64,000 nucleotides of DNA from Myxococcota bacterium (GTDB lineage Bacteria; Myxococcota_A; UBA796; CAJQPC01). Positions 61,150 through 64,000 of this stretch are shown here, in pieces. The stretch spans positions 224,001 to 288,000 of the forward strand of contig DASCPX010000070.1 of assembly GCA_036012755.1 (NCBI GenBank), given 5' to 3'. Made by a program: the position numbers and the translations under genes. The notes beneath the pieces are model-generated. The model was not told where the DNA came from and ran no database searches. It saw only the letters and a list, made by a program, of their open reading frames with translations. Within the stretch, counting starts at the first letter, position 1, and each line of letters opens with the position of its first letter.

Positions 61150-62568
61150 TCAGCCCTTCTTTTTCCGCTTGGGCGGCTCGCGCCCGCTCTCGTCGAAGCG
61201 GGCCTCGCGCTTCACGTTGGCGACGGCTCCGGATTCGATGAACCCGCCGTCCGAAGACAGCTCGCCCTTGCCGCAGTTGACCGCGACCTGGGCGTCGAAG
61301 TTGTGGGGGTCACAGGCTGTGATGAAGCCGAGCAAGAGCGCGCTCTTGGGCACGTCTCGCAGGTTCATGCCGGTCTCGGTCAGCTGCTCCAGGCGCCGGA
61401 GCGCGCCCAGGTGCTTCCAGGCGGAGGGCCGGAGCCCTTGCCGCGCCAGGGCGGCGGCCAGCCCCGCAGAGGCGACGACCCGCCCGCGCTTGTCGAGGCG
61501 CGCCGCGTACTTGTCGGCGGCGCGCTCACCGCCTGGGAGATCGAGGACCTCGCTGGCGGGCGTCCAGGTCCCGTCGTCGTCTCGGAAGACGAGGTAGTGC
61601 TGCACGTAGAGACACTTCTTGACCTTCATCGTCGACAACATCGCGAAGTAGAGCTTGTTGAAGGCGCGGATGTCGTCTCGGGTGATGCGTGGTTCCTGCT
61701 GGACGAGCAGATCGATGATCTCGTCCGGCATGAGCGCCTGGTCTTCGCCCAGCTCACAGCCGTGGCGGGCGCTCCCGAGCATGCGCAGTCCCAAGAAGAA
61801 GACCTCGCGGATGAAGCCGTTTCCGGGCTTGGTCGCGAACCTGAAGGTCTCCGCGACCTGGTCCTCGTTGAGGTCCTTCGCGATCACGACGATCAGCGAG
61901 GTCGCGATGCCAGCCTCGCGCAGGTTGTCCAGGGCCTGCATCCGCGTCTCCAGCAGACGCCGACCGCGGAGGGCCAGGTTGGCCTCGTCGTCGAAGCCGT
62001 CGAACTGGATGAAGACCTCGTCCACGCCGGCGTCCCGGAGTCGCTTGACGTAGTCGAGCTTGGCGAGGCGGATCCCGTTGGTGTGCAGGGCTGCGATGTG
62101 GCCCTTTTCCTTGACCCGGCGGATCCAGTCTTCGAGGTCCTTGCGGATGGTGGGCTCGGCCGCCATCAGGTCGATCTTGATGCCGCGTCGCTGGGAGAGC
62201 AGCTCTTCGAGTCCGGAGAGATCGAGGTCCGGGGTGTCCTCTGTGTTGGCCTTGGCGAGGCAGATCGGGCACTGCAGGTTGCAGCGCTCGGTCATACGAA
62301 TGATGTAGTCCCGCTGGGGGTAGTTCTCCGAGTTGACCTTGAAGTAGTAGGTGTCGAGCTCGGCCCAGTAGTCCGGGTCCTTCGACAGCAGCTGGGTGCA
62401 GGGTCCACAGTCCGGACAGAGCTTGAAGAGGTCCACGCGGTCTTTGTAGACACGCACCTCCGCGGGCAGCTCAGCCGTGCAGTGGTGACACCGGCCCGTC
62501 GTGTGCCGTAGGACGTGGAAGTCCATCTCGGGCGCGATCGCGGACAGAGGGGTGGCTAGTTCTTCCAT
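61150..62568 (-). CDS. Radical SAM enzyme of the MJ0619/Tes (GDGT-MAS)-like family
   Basis: N-terminal CHHC..CPDC metal site; CNLQCPIC; HTNG.R, IQFDG, LRG..L; C-terminal D.HNFD.....C. Confidence 0.78.
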   Translation of the reverse strand: MEELATPLSAIAPEMDFHVLRHTTGRCHHCTAELPAEVRVYKDRVDLFKLCPDCGPCTQLLSKDPDYWAELDTYYFKVNSENYPQRDYIIRMTERCNLQCPICLAKANTEDTPDLDLSGLEELLSQRRGIKIDLMAAEPTIRKDLEDWIRRVKEKGHIAALHTNGIRLAKLDYVKRLRDAGVDEVFIQFDGFDDEANLALRGRRLLETRMQALDNLREAGIATSLIVVIAKDLNEDQVAETFRFATKPGNGFIREVFFLGLRMLGSARHGCELGEDQALMPDEIIDLLVQQEPRITRDDIRAFNKLYFAMLSTMKVKKCLYVQHYLVFRDDDGTWTPASEVLDLPGGERAADKYAARLDKRGRVVASAGLAAALARQGLRPSAWKHLGALRRLEQLTETGMNLRDVPKSALLLGFITACDPHNFDAQVAVNCGKGELSSDGGFIESGAVANVKREARFDESGREPPKRKKKG

Positions 62569-62647
62569 AGGAGGCCTTCTGAGCGGACCCAGTGTAGCTC
62601 AGCCGCTCCGGGCGGGCGATCGCCTCTGTCGCGCCGGGCCCGAGCGC

Positions 62648-64000
62648 TCAGCTACAGCCGCTCGAGCCGCCGCAGGTCTCACACTTGTAGCAGGCCCCGG
62701 AGCGCACCATGATGTCGCCGCAGTTGTGGCAAGGAGGGGCATCCGTCTGACGCACGTAGCCGTCGTCGAGGCTCAGCTCCGGGAGATCGACCGGCTCATC
62801 CAGGAAGCGGAGCTCCAGCCAGCGGAAGACGTAGTCCGTGATCGACTTGGCGATGGGGATGTCCCGGTTCTCGGTGAAGCCGCTCGGCTCGAAGCGGGTG
62901 TGCTGGAACTTGTTGCAGAGGACCTTCAGCGGCACCCCGTACTGCAGCGCCAGGCTGACGCTCGTGGCGAAGGCATCGACGAGGCCGCTGACCACGCTTC
63001 CCTGCTTGGCCATGGTCAGGAAGACCTCGCCAGGGGCGCCGTCCTCGTAGAGTCCGACCGTGACGTAGCCCTCGTGGCCGGCGATGGAGAACTTGTGCGT
63101 CACGGCGGTGCGCTCGTCTGGGAGGCGGCGGCGGGGCGGGCGCTTCTCTGCGACGACCTCTGCGGGCTTGGTCGTGCCCACGGCGCCAATGGGTTGCGTG
63201 CGCTTGGAGCCGTCACGGTAGAGGGCGACCGCCTTGAGGCCAGCGCGCCAGGCATCGATCACCAGCTGTTCGATCTCTTCGACGGTGGCCTCGCTGGGCA
63301 GGTTCACGGTCTTGGAGATGGCGCCGGAGAGGAAGGGCTGGACCGCGGCCATCATGCGCAGGTGGCCAGCCGGGTCGATGCTCCTGTTCCCGTTCTGTGG
63401 ACGGAAGGCGCAGTCGAAGACCTCCAGGTCCTCGTCTTCCAGGCCCGGAGCGCCCTCGACCGTTCCCTGGGTCTCCAGCCAGGCGGCGATCGCGGCCTGC
63501 TCAGCGCGTCCGTAGCCCAGCACCGCCAGCGCCCGGGGCACGCCGCGATTGACCAGGCGGAGGCTGCCTCCTCCACTGAGCGTCTTGATCTTGACGAGCG
63601 CGATCTCGGGCTCGACACCGGTCGTGTCGCAGTCCATGAAGAAGCCGATCGTCCCGGTCGGGGCGAGCACGCTCACCTGGGCGTTGCGGTAGCCATCCGG
63701 TGCGCTCCGGGCCTGGGCCCAGGCCAGTCGCGCAGACTCTGCGATCGGACCCGAGGGCAGGGCCTCGGCAGCGCGGGCGTGGCGGTCGATCACGGCGGCC
63801 ATCGGCGCGGCGTTTTCGGCGTGGCCTTCGAAGGCGCCACGGCGTGATGCGAGTCGGGAGCTGGTCGCGTAGGCCGTTCCCGTCAGGAGCGCGGTCACCG
63901 AGGCGGCCAGCGCCCTGCCATTGTCGCTGTCGTAGGCGAGACCACGGGCCATCAACAGGGCGCCGAGGTTGGCGTAGCCGAGGCCCAGGGGCCGGAAGCG
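62648..64000 (-). CDS. nrdJ: Class II (adenosylcobalamin-dependent) ribonucleotide reductase, 3' part, with TSCPD domain
   Basis: LGLGYANLG, RNAQVSVLAPTGTI..MDC..TGVEP, AISKTVN, LYRDGSK, C-terminal CxxC..CxxC; runs off the window edge. Confidence 0.95.
   Translation of the reverse strand, partial: RFRPLGLGYANLGALLMARGLAYDSDNGRALAASVTALLTGTAYATSSRLASRRGAFEGHAENAAPMAAVIDRHARAAEALPSGPIAESARLAWAQARSAPDGYRNAQVSVLAPTGTIGFFMDCDTTGVEPEIALVKIKTLSGGGSLRLVNRGVPRALAVLGYGRAEQAAIAAWLETQGTVEGAPGLEDEDLEVFDCAFRPQNGNRSIDPAGHLRMMAAVQPFLSGAISKTVNLPSEATVEEIEQLVIDAWRAGLKAVALYRDGSKRTQPIGAVGTTKPAEVVAEKRPPRRRLPDERTAVTHKFSIAGHEGYVTVGLYEDGAPGEVFLTMAKQGSVVSGLVDAFATSVSLALQYGVPLKVLCNKFQHTRFEPSGFTENRDIPIAKSITDYVFRWLELRFLDEPVDLPELSLDDGYVRQTDAPPCHNCGDIMVRSGACYKCETCGGSSGCS

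Overview
GC-rich, densely coding bacterial chromosome segment with a Myxococcota-like gene repertoire: MYXO-CTERM-like tails, Cys/Asp 'MopE-type' metal-binding repeats, FG-GAP lipoproteins, Ser/Thr kinases, FHA and PP2C proteins. About 60 genes are supported. Recognisable genes include metH with an ArsR-methyltransferase (SahR-type) regulator, a partial class II ribonucleotide reductase (nrdJ), xth, arfB, a SWIM-SNF2 helicase, an M16 protease pair and a THUMP RNA methyltransferase. I saw no rRNA, tRNA, CRISPR array or transposase. Two window-wide patterns stand out. (1) At least 14 genes have a TANNNT -10 hexamer 6-8 nt before the start codon (11 at exactly 6 nt) with no room for a Shine-Dalgarno site, implying pervasive leaderless mRNAs. 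(2) About 26 exported proteins carry ultra-short signal peptides of about 6-11 residues, almost all without a basic n-region. Local oddities include a Tgs1-like cap methyltransferase fused to pseudokinase- and RRM-like segments, a divergent Tes/GDGT-MAS-like radical SAM enzyme, a thrombospondin-like lipoprotein, a His-rich MacB-type ABC system with a ZnuA-like binding protein, a cNMP/acetoacetate-decarboxylase-like fusion and a structured intergenic element. Several genes have frameshifts that may be long-read assembly errors. All family calls come from recognising motifs by eye; no database search was run.
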